From NCBI GenBank assembly GCA_943328785.2, contig CALQBJ020000001.1:1-57250 (forward strand): DNA of 57,250 nucleotides, written 5' to 3'. This document shows positions 30,743-41,592 of the stretch, piece by piece. Position 1 is the stretch's first letter. The number at the start of each line of letters is the position of its first letter. The DNA comes from Bifidobacterium breve (GTDB taxonomy: Bacteria; Acidobacteriota; Vicinamibacteria; Vicinamibacterales; CAVVIG01). Position numbers and translations under genes: made by a program. The notes beneath the pieces were generated by a model. That model did no database searches and was not told the origin of the DNA. It worked only from the letters and a program-made list of their open reading frames with translations.

Positions 30743-30761
30743 ATGACTCCCGCCGCCGCGG

Positions 30762-32681
30762 CTAGAAGTGCAGGGTGACGCCGCCCACCACGCGCTTGGG
30801 CGGGCGAACGACGTAGAGCTCGTCGAAGAGCGACTGGTCGCAGGAGGCGTCGCGGAAGAAATTGCGGACCGCCAGCAGCATTTCCCAGCGGGCGTTGCTG
30901 AAGTTCATGAACGGCAGCGACTGCCGAACCTGCACATCGAAGCGGCCGTCCACGCCGGACCGTCCCTCGGGCCGGACACCGGCATCGGCGAAGCCGTTGC
31001 TGAGGCGGTAGAGCACCATCACCCGCGTCGCCGTTTCCGGCACCTGGGCATCGATACGGCCGGTGACGTCCTGCACAGTCGAGCGTCCGGTGCGCGCCGC
31101 AACCGGCGCCAGCAGCATCAGGTAGTGGTCGCCGGCCTGGAGGATCGCGGCCCTCGCCACCGAGTACTCCACCGAACCGTGGACGCGGCTGGCGATGACG
31201 GTACGGAACTCGGCGCTGAAGCCGCCAGCGCCGATGTCACCGGTGTTTCCGACCAGATAGTGCCCAACCTTGGCCGTCGGCTGCCCCGGCACCTCGGCGC
31301 CGAAGACCGTAACGAGTTGGTCGTTCACGTGCTGACGGAACGCGCGAACCGCCAGCGTCGAGGGACCGAAGTCGTGCTCGAGTCCCGCAGTGGCAGACAG
31401 CGACTGTTCGGCCTTGAATCCTGTGTGCGCCGCGATCGACGAGAAGGTGCGCTGCGGCGGCAGCCAGATGCCGGCGTCTGACGGGGCCAGGAATTCCTCG
31501 GCGCCAGGCGCCACGCCCCGCCGCGACACCGACCCGATAATGCGGGTCCGGGCACCGGGCGACAACGTGAGTTCGACCCGCGGGCTGATGAGCGTCGGCC
31601 GGTCGAGGTAATCGTAGCGGCCGTACTCGCCGCCGAAGGACAGTGTCGCCTCTGGGGTGATCCTGAAGCTGTCGTAGGCGGACACCGTGCCGACGTTGCG
31701 CGTGCCGTCCGTCATATCGCGCAGCGCGAGCGGATTGCCGCCGTCGTAGCGCTGCGTGCTGTAGCTGATGCCCAGGTCGTACCGATGACGGGCAGGCGCA
31801 CGCATGGAATAGGAGCCGGCCACCACCCACGACGAGATGTCGGCCTGGGTGAACGCACCGGCCACGGCCCAGTCGGCGTGCGCGCCGGCGGGCGCGCTGA
31901 GACGGACGTTCGCCACGTTGCGCGACGAGGAATCGGTCGAGAACAATTGCTGCGGCGTGTCGAACGAGCCGGCAGTCAGCAGGTTCAGCTGGCCGGAGAT
32001 CGGGGCGTCGGCGAACAAGCCGACGAAGCGCCCTGGCGAGCCGGCAATCTGGCCGACGAACGAGGTGGGCACGGACGGCTCGTCGGCGTCGACGAGCATC
32101 TGCTCCGGCAACGTGGCGTCCTTCAGCACGCCGCGCCGGCCGTGCCGAATACGCCACGGGGTTTCGGAGGAGTCGTCGTTGCCGGTGGCCCCCTCGACCT
32201 CGGCCGCCTGCGACGTGGTGGTGGCTTCGGTCGCGGTCAGCGCGGACAGGCCGACCCCTGCGCCGAGGACGGGGGCCACGCCTTCACGCCGCAGCCCGAT
32301 CGCCGACACGGCGCTGGCACTCGGCCGCACCTGCACCATCTGCGCACGTGGCGCCATGTAGCCGGCGAGGTGGGCACGCACGAGGTAGGGCCCGGGCGCG
32401 AGCCCGCCGAACTGGAACTGGCCGGAGGAGTCGGAGACGGCGATGGTGGTGACGGCGCCAAGCGCCGACACCACCACGTTGGGGACAGGAAGGCCACGTT
32501 CGTCACGCACCACGCCGGCAATGGAGCCTGGCGCGGCGGACGAGGCCGTGTGTACGACAGGAGACAGGGACGCCCGCGCCGCACTCTGTTGGGCAGCGGC
32601 GAACACTGGAGTTCCCACAACCAAGAGGCCGCCGACTGCCGCCGAGGCTAGAACGCGGGTTGCTCCTGCCATATCGTTCAA
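30762..32681 (-). CDS. CarboxypepD_reg-domain outer-membrane beta-barrel protein
   Basis: Signal peptide, then 'GSIAGVVRDERGLPVPNVVVSALG...SGQFQFGGLAPGPYLVRAHLAGY', then a long beta-rich region ending 'GGVTLHF'. No TonB plug motifs recognised. Confidence 0.7.
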   Translation of the reverse strand: MNDMAGATRVLASAAVGGLLVVGTPVFAAAQQSAARASLSPVVHTASSAAPGSIAGVVRDERGLPVPNVVVSALGAVTTIAVSDSSGQFQFGGLAPGPYLVRAHLAGYMAPRAQMVQVRPSASAVSAIGLRREGVAPVLGAGVGLSALTATEATTTSQAAEVEGATGNDDSSETPWRIRHGRRGVLKDATLPEQMLVDADEPSVPTSFVGQIAGSPGRFVGLFADAPISGQLNLLTAGSFDTPQQLFSTDSSSRNVANVRLSAPAGAHADWAVAGAFTQADISSWVVAGSYSMRAPARHRYDLGISYSTQRYDGGNPLALRDMTDGTRNVGTVSAYDSFRITPEATLSFGGEYGRYDYLDRPTLISPRVELTLSPGARTRIIGSVSRRGVAPGAEEFLAPSDAGIWLPPQRTFSSIAAHTGFKAEQSLSATAGLEHDFGPSTLAVRAFRQHVNDQLVTVFGAEVPGQPTAKVGHYLVGNTGDIGAGGFSAEFRTVIASRVHGSVEYSVARAAILQAGDHYLMLLAPVAARTGRSTVQDVTGRIDAQVPETATRVMVLYRLSNGFADAGVRPEGRSGVDGRFDVQVRQSLPFMNFSNARWEMLLAVRNFFRDASCDQSLFDELYVVRPPKRVVGGVTLHF

Positions 32682-32712
32682 ACCGCGGGGAACCGGCCCC
32701 GCTGAACTGCGT

Positions 32713-33636
32713 TTACGAGCCGACGACGAACTTGATGGACTCGGTCAGGGTCTTGCTCGAACCCTTGTCGATCAGCGTGATCTCGAGGCGGTAGGTGCCT
32801 GGCTCGAAGTCGGTCAGCGGCACGCGGTCCGGAATGCCCTGGCGCGCCGGGTCGATCTCGGCGACTGCCCACTTCTTGAAGGGCTCGGCCACGCCGTCCT
32901 TGTACGCGGCGTATTCGACGGTGACACGGCCGGTCGCGTTGAAGACCATCCCGTTGATGCGCAGCGGTTCGGTCTTGGACAGCGTCGGGTTCGCCAGCGG
33001 CAGGCTTTCTTCGTCGGGCGTGCCGTACGGATGCTCCATGATGTCGGCCAGCGGCGCATCGTACTTGCGCGCACGGAAGAGATACAGGCCAGAGACCATC
33101 AATTCGCCGCCGCTCAGTGCCGGGACATCGATGGTCTGCTTCAGCACCGAGATCGGCGCCTTGCTCGGCTTGCCTTCGACCAGTTCGTGGGCGCCGATGA
33201 AGACATCGACCTTGCCAGCAGGAGCGAGGATGAGGCGACCGATGAACGGGGCGCCCGCGTCCAGCGTCACGGTGCTGAAGTTCTCGAACACCGGAACCAC
33301 TTTCTTGTCCTTCGGGTCGGCACCTGCCGGAAGCACGCGCCAGATCATGAAGACCTTGCCAGACGGCACCTTCGACGGATCGAGGGCGAGGCCGAAGGCG
33401 ACGATGTTCTTGTCGGCCTGCGCCTGCAGACCGTCGTGACGAATCCAGGAGAGACCCAGTTCGTTGACAACCGGCTTGCCCTGGAAGGCGTTGCCGAGCG
33501 CGGTGGTGACAGCTTTGGCTTCCCGCTCTTCATCCTTGGTAAGCGGGCGGCCCTGCGCAGCGACGTTCGAAGCGGTCGACACGAGGAGAAGAAATGCTGC
33601 GGAAGCGAGGGCGAGGCCGGGGCGCCGAATCACCAT
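32713..33636 (-). CDS. Secreted hypothetical protein
   Basis: Start taken at MVIRRPGLALASAAFLLLVSTASNVAAQ (33636). The upstream part of ORF 32713..34272 is antisense to the cyclase gene. No recognisable motif. Confidence 0.6.
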   Translation of the reverse strand: MVIRRPGLALASAAFLLLVSTASNVAAQGRPLTKDEEREAKAVTTALGNAFQGKPVVNELGLSWIRHDGLQAQADKNIVAFGLALDPSKVPSGKVFMIWRVLPAGADPKDKKVVPVFENFSTVTLDAGAPFIGRLILAPAGKVDVFIGAHELVEGKPSKAPISVLKQTIDVPALSGGELMVSGLYLFRARKYDAPLADIMEHPYGTPDEESLPLANPTLSKTEPLRINGMVFNATGRVTVEYAAYKDGVAEPFKKWAVAEIDPARQGIPDRVPLTDFEPGTYRLEITLIDKGSSKTLTESIKFVVGS

Positions 33637-33680
33637 AAACGGTCTACTCCAGAAAGAAGTCGATAAGACGAAAACAGCCA

Positions 33681-33710
33681 ATAATAGGCGGCTCCCCGAA
33701 CCCAAGTCAA
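33681..33710 (-). promoter_or_regulatory. Sigma-70-type promoter candidate (TTGACT - 18 bp - TATTAT) for the 33636<-26148 gene string
   Basis: Hexamers read on the minus strand at 33710-33705 and 33686-33681, ~45 nt upstream of the start codon, with a GGAG Shine-Dalgarno in between. Confidence 0.45.
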
Positions 33711-33789
33711 ACGATTGTCCTGACAGGATTTCGCCAGAAAGGGCGGCGCTTTCGCTTATGCTATTTAGGCAATCCCCCCCGATTTCACA

Positions 33790-34416
33790 ATGAAGCTCAT
33801 CGACGTCACCGTCCCCATCGACTCGAACCTGGCAACCTACCCGGGGAACACGCCGTTCAGCCTCGAAGGTGTCAAGCGCCTTGCCAGGGGCGACAGTTCG
33901 AACGTATCCACCCTGCACCTGAGCGCCCACGCGGGCACCCACGTCGACGCCCCCCGCCACTTCTTCGATGACGGCGGCGGCGTAGAGAGCCTGGCGCTCG
34001 AACTGCTCTGCGGGCGGACCCGCGTGGTCGAACTGACCACCCGGAAGACGGTGACGGCCGAGGACCTGGCCGGCTTCGACCTGCGCGAAGACGTGCGGTT
34101 GCTGCTGAAGACCGCCAATTCCCGCCTCTGGGGTACGCCGGACTTCCATCAGGACTTCATCGGCGTCTCCGAAGGCGCCGCCAGGTTCCTGGTCGACCGG
34201 GGCGTGAAAGTGCTGGGGGTCGACTATCTGTCCGTGGAACCGTACAAGACGCCAGGCGCACCCGCACATCACGTCCTGCTCGGCGCCGGCACCATCGTCA
34301 TCGAAGGGTTGAACCTTCGGGATGTGGAACCGGGCGCCTACGAGATGTACTGTCTGCCACTCGCCCTGGTCGGAGCCGACGGCGCACCGGCTCGCGTCAT
34401 TCTCCGAAGGACCTGA
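33790..34416 (+). CDS. Cyclase-family protein / kynurenine formamidase-like
   Basis: HxGTHxDxPxH motif 'HAGTHVDAPRHF'; ~210 aa. Confidence 0.8.
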   Translation: MKLIDVTVPIDSNLATYPGNTPFSLEGVKRLARGDSSNVSTLHLSAHAGTHVDAPRHFFDDGGGVESLALELLCGRTRVVELTTRKTVTAEDLAGFDLREDVRLLLKTANSRLWGTPDFHQDFIGVSEGAARFLVDRGVKVLGVDYLSVEPYKTPGAPAHHVLLGAGTIVIEGLNLRDVEPGAYEMYCLPLALVGADGAPARVILRRT

Positions 34417-34421
34417 GCCTC

Positions 34422-37036
<2,615 letters not shown>

Positions 37037-37077
37037 CGCGTCACTCACCACGGAGGACACGGAGGCTCGCGGAGCCA

Positions 37078-37102
37078 GCCGAGGGTACTCGGTGCCCTCG
37101 GC
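37078..37102 (+). terminator. Hairpin GCCGAGGG-(9)-CCCTCGGC between eno and gpmA (terminator/attenuator-like, no clear U-tract)
   Basis: Inverted repeat read directly, nested in a larger GGAGGAC/GTCCTCC pairing. Confidence 0.3.
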
Positions 37103-37131
37103 GTCCTCCGCGGTGAAAGGTATTTCCGATA

Positions 37132-37878
37132 ATGTACAAGCTCGTATTGCTGCGTCACGGCGAAAGCACGTGGAACAAGGAGAACCGCTTCACCGGCTGG
37201 ACCGATGTCGACCTGTCGGACAAGGGCCGCGAGGAAGCCGCCGAAGCCGGCCGTCTGCTGAAGGCCGAGGGCTTCGTATTCGATCAGGCCTACGTGTCCA
37301 TGCTGAAGCGCGCCATCCGCACGCTGTGGATCGCGCTCGACCAGCTCGATCAGATGTGGATCCCGATCGACAAGAACTGGCGCCTCAATGAACGGCACTA
37401 CGGCGCGCTGCAGGGACTGAACAAGGCGGAAACGGCCGCCAGGCACGGCGACGCGCAGGTGCTGGTGTGGCGCCGCAGCTACGACATCCCGCCGCCGCCG
37501 CTCGCCCTCGACGACGAGCGCCATCCGGCGAAGGACCCGCGCTACGCCGGCCTCGGCACCGCGGACCTGCCGCTGGCCGAGTCGCTGAAGGATACGGTCG
37601 CCCGCTTTCTTCCCTACTGGCACGGGACGATCGCGCCGGCCATCACAAGCGGCACGCGCGTCGTCATCGCGGCACACGGCAACAGCCTGCGAGCGCTGGT
37701 GAAGCACCTCGATAACGTCTCGGAATCGGAAATCGTCGAGCTCAACATCCCGACCGGTATTCCGCTCGTCTACGAACTGGACGCCGACCTGAAGCCGATC
37801 CGTCACTACTACCTCGGCGACGCGGCGGCGGCCGCGGCCGCGGCGGAACGCGTCAAGCAACAGGCGGCTTCCCGCTGA
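37132..37878 (+). CDS. gpmA: 2,3-bisphosphoglycerate-dependent phosphoglycerate mutase
   Basis: '[18 protein letters not shown]' and 'ERHYGALQG'. Confidence 0.95.
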   Translation: MYKLVLLRHGESTWNKENRFTGWTDVDLSDKGREEAAEAGRLLKAEGFVFDQAYVSMLKRAIRTLWIALDQLDQMWIPIDKNWRLNERHYGALQGLNKAETAARHGDAQVLVWRRSYDIPPPPLALDDERHPAKDPRYAGLGTADLPLAESLKDTVARFLPYWHGTIAPAITSGTRVVIAAHGNSLRALVKHLDNVSESEIVELNIPTGIPLVYELDADLKPIRHYYLGDAAAAAAAAERVKQQAASR

Positions 37879-37884
37879 ATCGTT

Positions 37885-37908
37885 CGCGCGGACGCGCACG
37901 TCCGCGCG
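37885..37908 (+). terminator. Perfect GC-rich hairpin CGCGCGGACG-CGCA-CGTCCGCGCG after gpmA (no U-tract)
   Basis: 10-bp stem and 4-nt loop read directly. It sits between gpmA and the channel gene. Confidence 0.35.
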
Positions 37909-37939
37909 GCGCAGCCTTCCCTCGAGGACCCGCTGCTCG

Positions 37940-39664
37940 ATGAGGTCATACATTGTCTATGTGCTGGGGATCGTTGCGCTCGTCATTCTGACGAGCGCAA
38001 CCGGTTTCTACGCGGCCGAAATCGGCACCAACCAGAACCTCGACAGCTACGGCGACGCCCTCTGGTGGGCGATCGTCACTGTCACCACCGTCGGCTACGG
38101 CGACATCTTCCCTGTCACCGTTGCCGGCCGCCTGGTGGGCGCCTTGCTGATGTTCGCCGGCATCGGTGCGCTTGGCGTGTTCACCGCCTCCATCGCCGCC
38201 TACCTCATCAAGTTCGATCGCCTCGACGCCCTCCGGGTCAGGGGCATGCACGGCCACGTGGTGATCTGCGGCCTCGGCTCGACCGGTGCGCTGCTGGCCC
38301 AGGCGTTCCAGCGCGACGGCTACACGGTGCTGGCCATCGAGAAAGCCGAGGACAACTCACGCATCGGCGCAGCCCGCGAGGCGGGTGCCGTGGTGCTGAT
38401 AGGGGATGCCGCGCGGACCGAGGTATTGCGCCGGGCGCGGGTCGACCGTGCCGCGCACATCGTGATCGTCACCGGCGCCGATGCGACCAACGTGGAGATT
38501 GCCGCCGCCGCGCGAGCCCTGGTGCTCGACTCGACGGCCAGCGTGTCGTGCTCGGCGCAGATCGAAGACCCGGAACTCTGGTACGCCCTGCGTAGTTGGG
38601 ACGTCGGCACGCAGGACCGCGTACGGCTCGCGTTCTTCAATGTGGCCGAACTCGGCGCCCGCGCCCTGCTCGCCCGCTACTCCCCGTTCGCGGGAGGGAC
38701 CGACGCGCCCCGCACTCCGCCTCGCGTCCTCATCGTCGGTTCCGGTGCGCTCGCACAGCACCTGATCGGGCACATGGTGCGGCAGTGGCAGGACGTGGAC
38801 GGCGATGCCAAGCCGCCGTTGCCGATCGCCCTCGTCGATGCCGACGTCGACCGCGTTAGGGAGGATCTGTATCACCGGAACCCCGAACTGCGCACGCTCG
38901 CCGCGATCTCGGCGCATGCGATGGACCTGCGGTCGACGACCTTCCAGCGCGGTGCGTTCCTGTTCGACGATGCGGGCCACTGCGCGGTGACCCACGCTTA
39001 CGTCTGCGTCGACGAGGAAGGGCTGGCAATCTCCACCGCGCTGCTGCTGCTGAATCACCTGCGGCAGTACGGTGTGCACGTGATGGTGCGGACGAACCGC
39101 GCAGCGGGACTGGCAGCCCTACTGCGCGCCGTCGGCAATGAGGGGGCACGAGGGGCGTCGCACCTGCACGTCTTCAGCCTGCTCGAGCAGGCCTGCAGCC
39201 CGGAGTTCGTACTGCGCGGCACCAACGAGGTGCTGGCGCGAGCGCTGCACCAGGACTATCTGGCACAGGCGTCCAGAAGCCAGAGCCCATCGGCCGTTCC
39301 GTGGGATGAGTTGGCGCTCGATCTCAAGGAATCGAATCGACGGCAGGCGGACCACATCGCGACGAAGCTCGAAGTGGTGCACTGCCACATCGTGCCGCTC
39401 ACCGCGCTCGAAGGCGATGCGTTCACCTTTGCTCCGGCCGAGGTGGAGCAACTGGCCGAGATGGAGCACGAGCGCTGGGTGGCCGAACGCCGAGCGCAGG
39501 GCTGGAAGCGCGGACCTCGCGACCCGGCACTGAAGACCAATCCCAGCCTTGTTTCATGGGCCGACCTCGATGAATCGGCTCGCGACATCAACAGGAGTTC
39601 CGTGCGCCGACTGCCGTTCTTCCTGAATCGCGCGGGCTTCACCGCACACCGTTACAAAGCATGA
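37940..39664 (+). CDS. 2-TM K+ channel fused to two RCK/TrkA-N domains and a C-terminal RyR domain
   Basis: Selectivity filter 'TVGYGD' (38087-38104) between two hydrophobic helices. Rossmann motifs 'VVICGLGSTG' and 'VLIVGSGALA'. RyR-like 'LAEMEHERWVAERRAQGWKRGPRDPALKTNPSLVSWADLDESARDINRSSVRRLPFFL'. Confidence 0.85.
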   Translation: MRSYIVYVLGIVALVILTSATGFYAAEIGTNQNLDSYGDALWWAIVTVTTVGYGDIFPVTVAGRLVGALLMFAGIGALGVFTASIAAYLIKFDRLDALRVRGMHGHVVICGLGSTGALLAQAFQRDGYTVLAIEKAEDNSRIGAAREAGAVVLIGDAARTEVLRRARVDRAAHIVIVTGADATNVEIAAAARALVLDSTASVSCSAQIEDPELWYALRSWDVGTQDRVRLAFFNVAELGARALLARYSPFAGGTDAPRTPPRVLIVGSGALAQHLIGHMVRQWQDVDGDAKPPLPIALVDADVDRVREDLYHRNPELRTLAAISAHAMDLRSTTFQRGAFLFDDAGHCAVTHAYVCVDEEGLAISTALLLLNHLRQYGVHVMVRTNRAAGLAALLRAVGNEGARGASHLHVFSLLEQACSPEFVLRGTNEVLARALHQDYLAQASRSQSPSAVPWDELALDLKESNRRQADHIATKLEVVHCHIVPLTALEGDAFTFAPAEVEQLAEMEHERWVAERRAQGWKRGPRDPALKTNPSLVSWADLDESARDINRSSVRRLPFFLNRAGFTAHRYKA

Positions 39665-41559
39665 ACAGCGAACATTCGTCGTCGCCACACACCGCGCACG
39701 GCCACCGGCGTCCCAAGCGAGTCCGGCACCCAGGCACCGGCCAGATGCCTGGGCCGCTACCGCTGATCGTCGGCGTCACCGGCCATCGTGATCTGCGCCC
39801 CGAGGACACGCACGCGCTCGAAGGACTGGTGCGACGCCTCATCGAAGACGTGAAGCACGCGCATCCGCACACGCCGCTGCTGCTGCTGTCGCCACTCGCG
39901 GAAGGCAGCGACCGCCTGGTCGCGCGCGTCGCCCTCGAACTCGGTGTCCGCCTCGTGGTGCCACTGCCATTGCCGCTCGACCTTTACGAGCAGGACTTCG
40001 CCAGCGAGGCGTCGCTGGCCGAGTTCCGCCGCCTGCTCGGCCGCGCGGAAAGTTCGTACGTGCTGCCGCTGATGCGCGGCAACACCGACCAGGGAATCAG
40101 GCAGTACGGCGATCAGCGGAACCGTCAGTACGCCCAGGTCGGTGCGCTCATCGCCCGGCAGAGCCAGGTGTTCCTCGCCCTCTGGGACGGCGCGAGCGAT
40201 GCGGGCCACGACAAGGTGGGCGGCACGGCGGAAGTGGTCCGGTTCAGGCTCGAGGGCGTGCCCCCGAGCTACGAGCCGACGTCGGCCAGCCCGCTCAGCT
40301 ATTCCAGCAGCGGACGGGTGTATCACCTCGTGACGCCGCGCATCGGCCAGCCGGTGCCGCCGAAGGCGCTGGCGTCGGAGCTGCTCCTGCCCACCCGTCA
40401 GACCGCGGCGTCGTTCGATGAACGCGAGGGGTGGATGGACCGGTTCAACGAGGACGCGCTGCACTTCGACGCGCAGTTGGCACCGGCTCGCGTCACCAGC
40501 ACGTCGTACCTGCTGAACGTCAAGGAGCACGAGGTCGATGCGGCGGCGCGCTCGCTGCCCGCCTCGGCGCAGATGACCATGGAGCGCTACGCCGTCGCGG
40601 ACACCCTGGCGCTGCACTTCGCCACCTACACCAGGGCGGCGTCGCGGAAGCTGTTCCTGTGGGTGTTCGTGTCGGCGCTGTTCTTCAACCTGTTCCACTC
40701 GCTGCCGCACCCGCATATCTCAGAACATCCTTCGCTCGGTGAACGGCTGATCGCGGTTCCATGGCTCCTCCTGCTCTTCCTCGCCTCGTCCATCGTCGCC
40801 AGCTACTGGATCCATCGCGAGGCGACCGAGCAGGACTACCAGAACAAGCACCAGGATTACCGGGCGCTGGCCGAGGCGCTGCGCATCCAGTTCTTCTGGC
40901 AGGTGGCCGGCGTGCAGGGCGACGTCGCGGATCACTACCTGCGCAAGCAGCGCGGGGCGCTGGAGTGGATTCGCAACGCGCTCCGGGCCTGGGATACCGA
41001 GTCGTCGGCCAACGAGGCGCACGAAGCGGTGGAGGGCCTCCTGCCAGAGCGGCTGGACTACGTCGCCCGGAACTGGGTCTTCGAGCAGCGCAACTACTTC
41101 GCGTCGAAGGCGCGCCGTGAGCAGGCGACGCTCGAGGACGAAGAGAAGAAGATCGAGTGGCTGGTGCGGATCAGCGTGGCGATGGCGATGCTGCTCGCCG
41201 TGGTGCTGACGGTGCCACTCCTCGTGCCCATTCACGCACTCGAAGCGGTGAAGCACTGGGTCGAGGAACCGCTGACGCACGGGATCATCATGGTCGTTAT
41301 CGTGACCCTGGCGGTCGTCGCCGGCCTGCGTCACGGCTACAACCAGCAGATGGCCCACTCAGAGCATGCGAAACAGTTCGGGCGCATGAGCGAGCTGTTC
41401 GACGCGGCGCAGACGCACCTGTCGGCGCAACTGGACGCCGGGAAGCTCGAGGATGGGGCGGCGCTGCTACGCGAACTGGGTCAGGAAGCGCTGGAGGAGA
41501 ACGGCGACTGGGTACTGCTGCACCGCGAGCGTCCGCTCGAAGTGCCGCACTCGGGATGA
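39661..41559 (+). CDS. SLOG/LOG-like Rossmannoid N-domain fused to a 4-TM (SLATT-like) membrane region
   Basis: ATGA overlap with the channel stop. 'LIVGVTGHRD', 'SPLAEGSDRLVA' and 'LWDG...KVGGTAEVV' (compare LOG PGGxGTxxE). Four hydrophobic helices (LFLWVFVSALFF, LIAVPWLLLLFLASSIV, WLVRISVAMAMLLAVVLTV, GIIMVVIVTLAVVAGL). The domain call is inference. Confidence 0.6.
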   Translation: MNSEHSSSPHTAHGHRRPKRVRHPGTGQMPGPLPLIVGVTGHRDLRPEDTHALEGLVRRLIEDVKHAHPHTPLLLLSPLAEGSDRLVARVALELGVRLVVPLPLPLDLYEQDFASEASLAEFRRLLGRAESSYVLPLMRGNTDQGIRQYGDQRNRQYAQVGALIARQSQVFLALWDGASDAGHDKVGGTAEVVRFRLEGVPPSYEPTSASPLSYSSSGRVYHLVTPRIGQPVPPKALASELLLPTRQTAASFDEREGWMDRFNEDALHFDAQLAPARVTSTSYLLNVKEHEVDAAARSLPASAQMTMERYAVADTLALHFATYTRAASRKLFLWVFVSALFFNLFHSLPHPHISEHPSLGERLIAVPWLLLLFLASSIVASYWIHREATEQDYQNKHQDYRALAEALRIQFFWQVAGVQGDVADHYLRKQRGALEWIRNALRAWDTESSANEAHEAVEGLLPERLDYVARNWVFEQRNYFASKARREQATLEDEEKKIEWLVRISVAMAMLLAVVLTVPLLVPIHALEAVKHWVEEPLTHGIIMVVIVTLAVVAGLRHGYNQQMAHSEHAKQFGRMSELFDAAQTHLSAQLDAGKLEDGAALLRELGQEALEENGDWVLLHRERPLEVPHSG

Positions 41560-41592
41560 GCGGCGCGGGCGACGGCGCCCAGACTGGCGGCG

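Noticed and set aside
30569-30761. Sigma-54 promoter for the PDZ kinase/regulator genes (also searched at 33637-33789)
   Set aside because: No TGGCAC-N5-TTGC or acceptable GG-N10-GC match was found on the relevant strand by eye. Only the palindromic hairpin is notable.
33637-34272. N-terminal 212-aa extension of ORF 32713..34272
   Set aside because: The extension is antisense to the cyclase gene (HxGTHxDxPxH motif). A Met followed by a classic signal peptide at 33636, with an upstream promoter and SD, gives a more sensible start.
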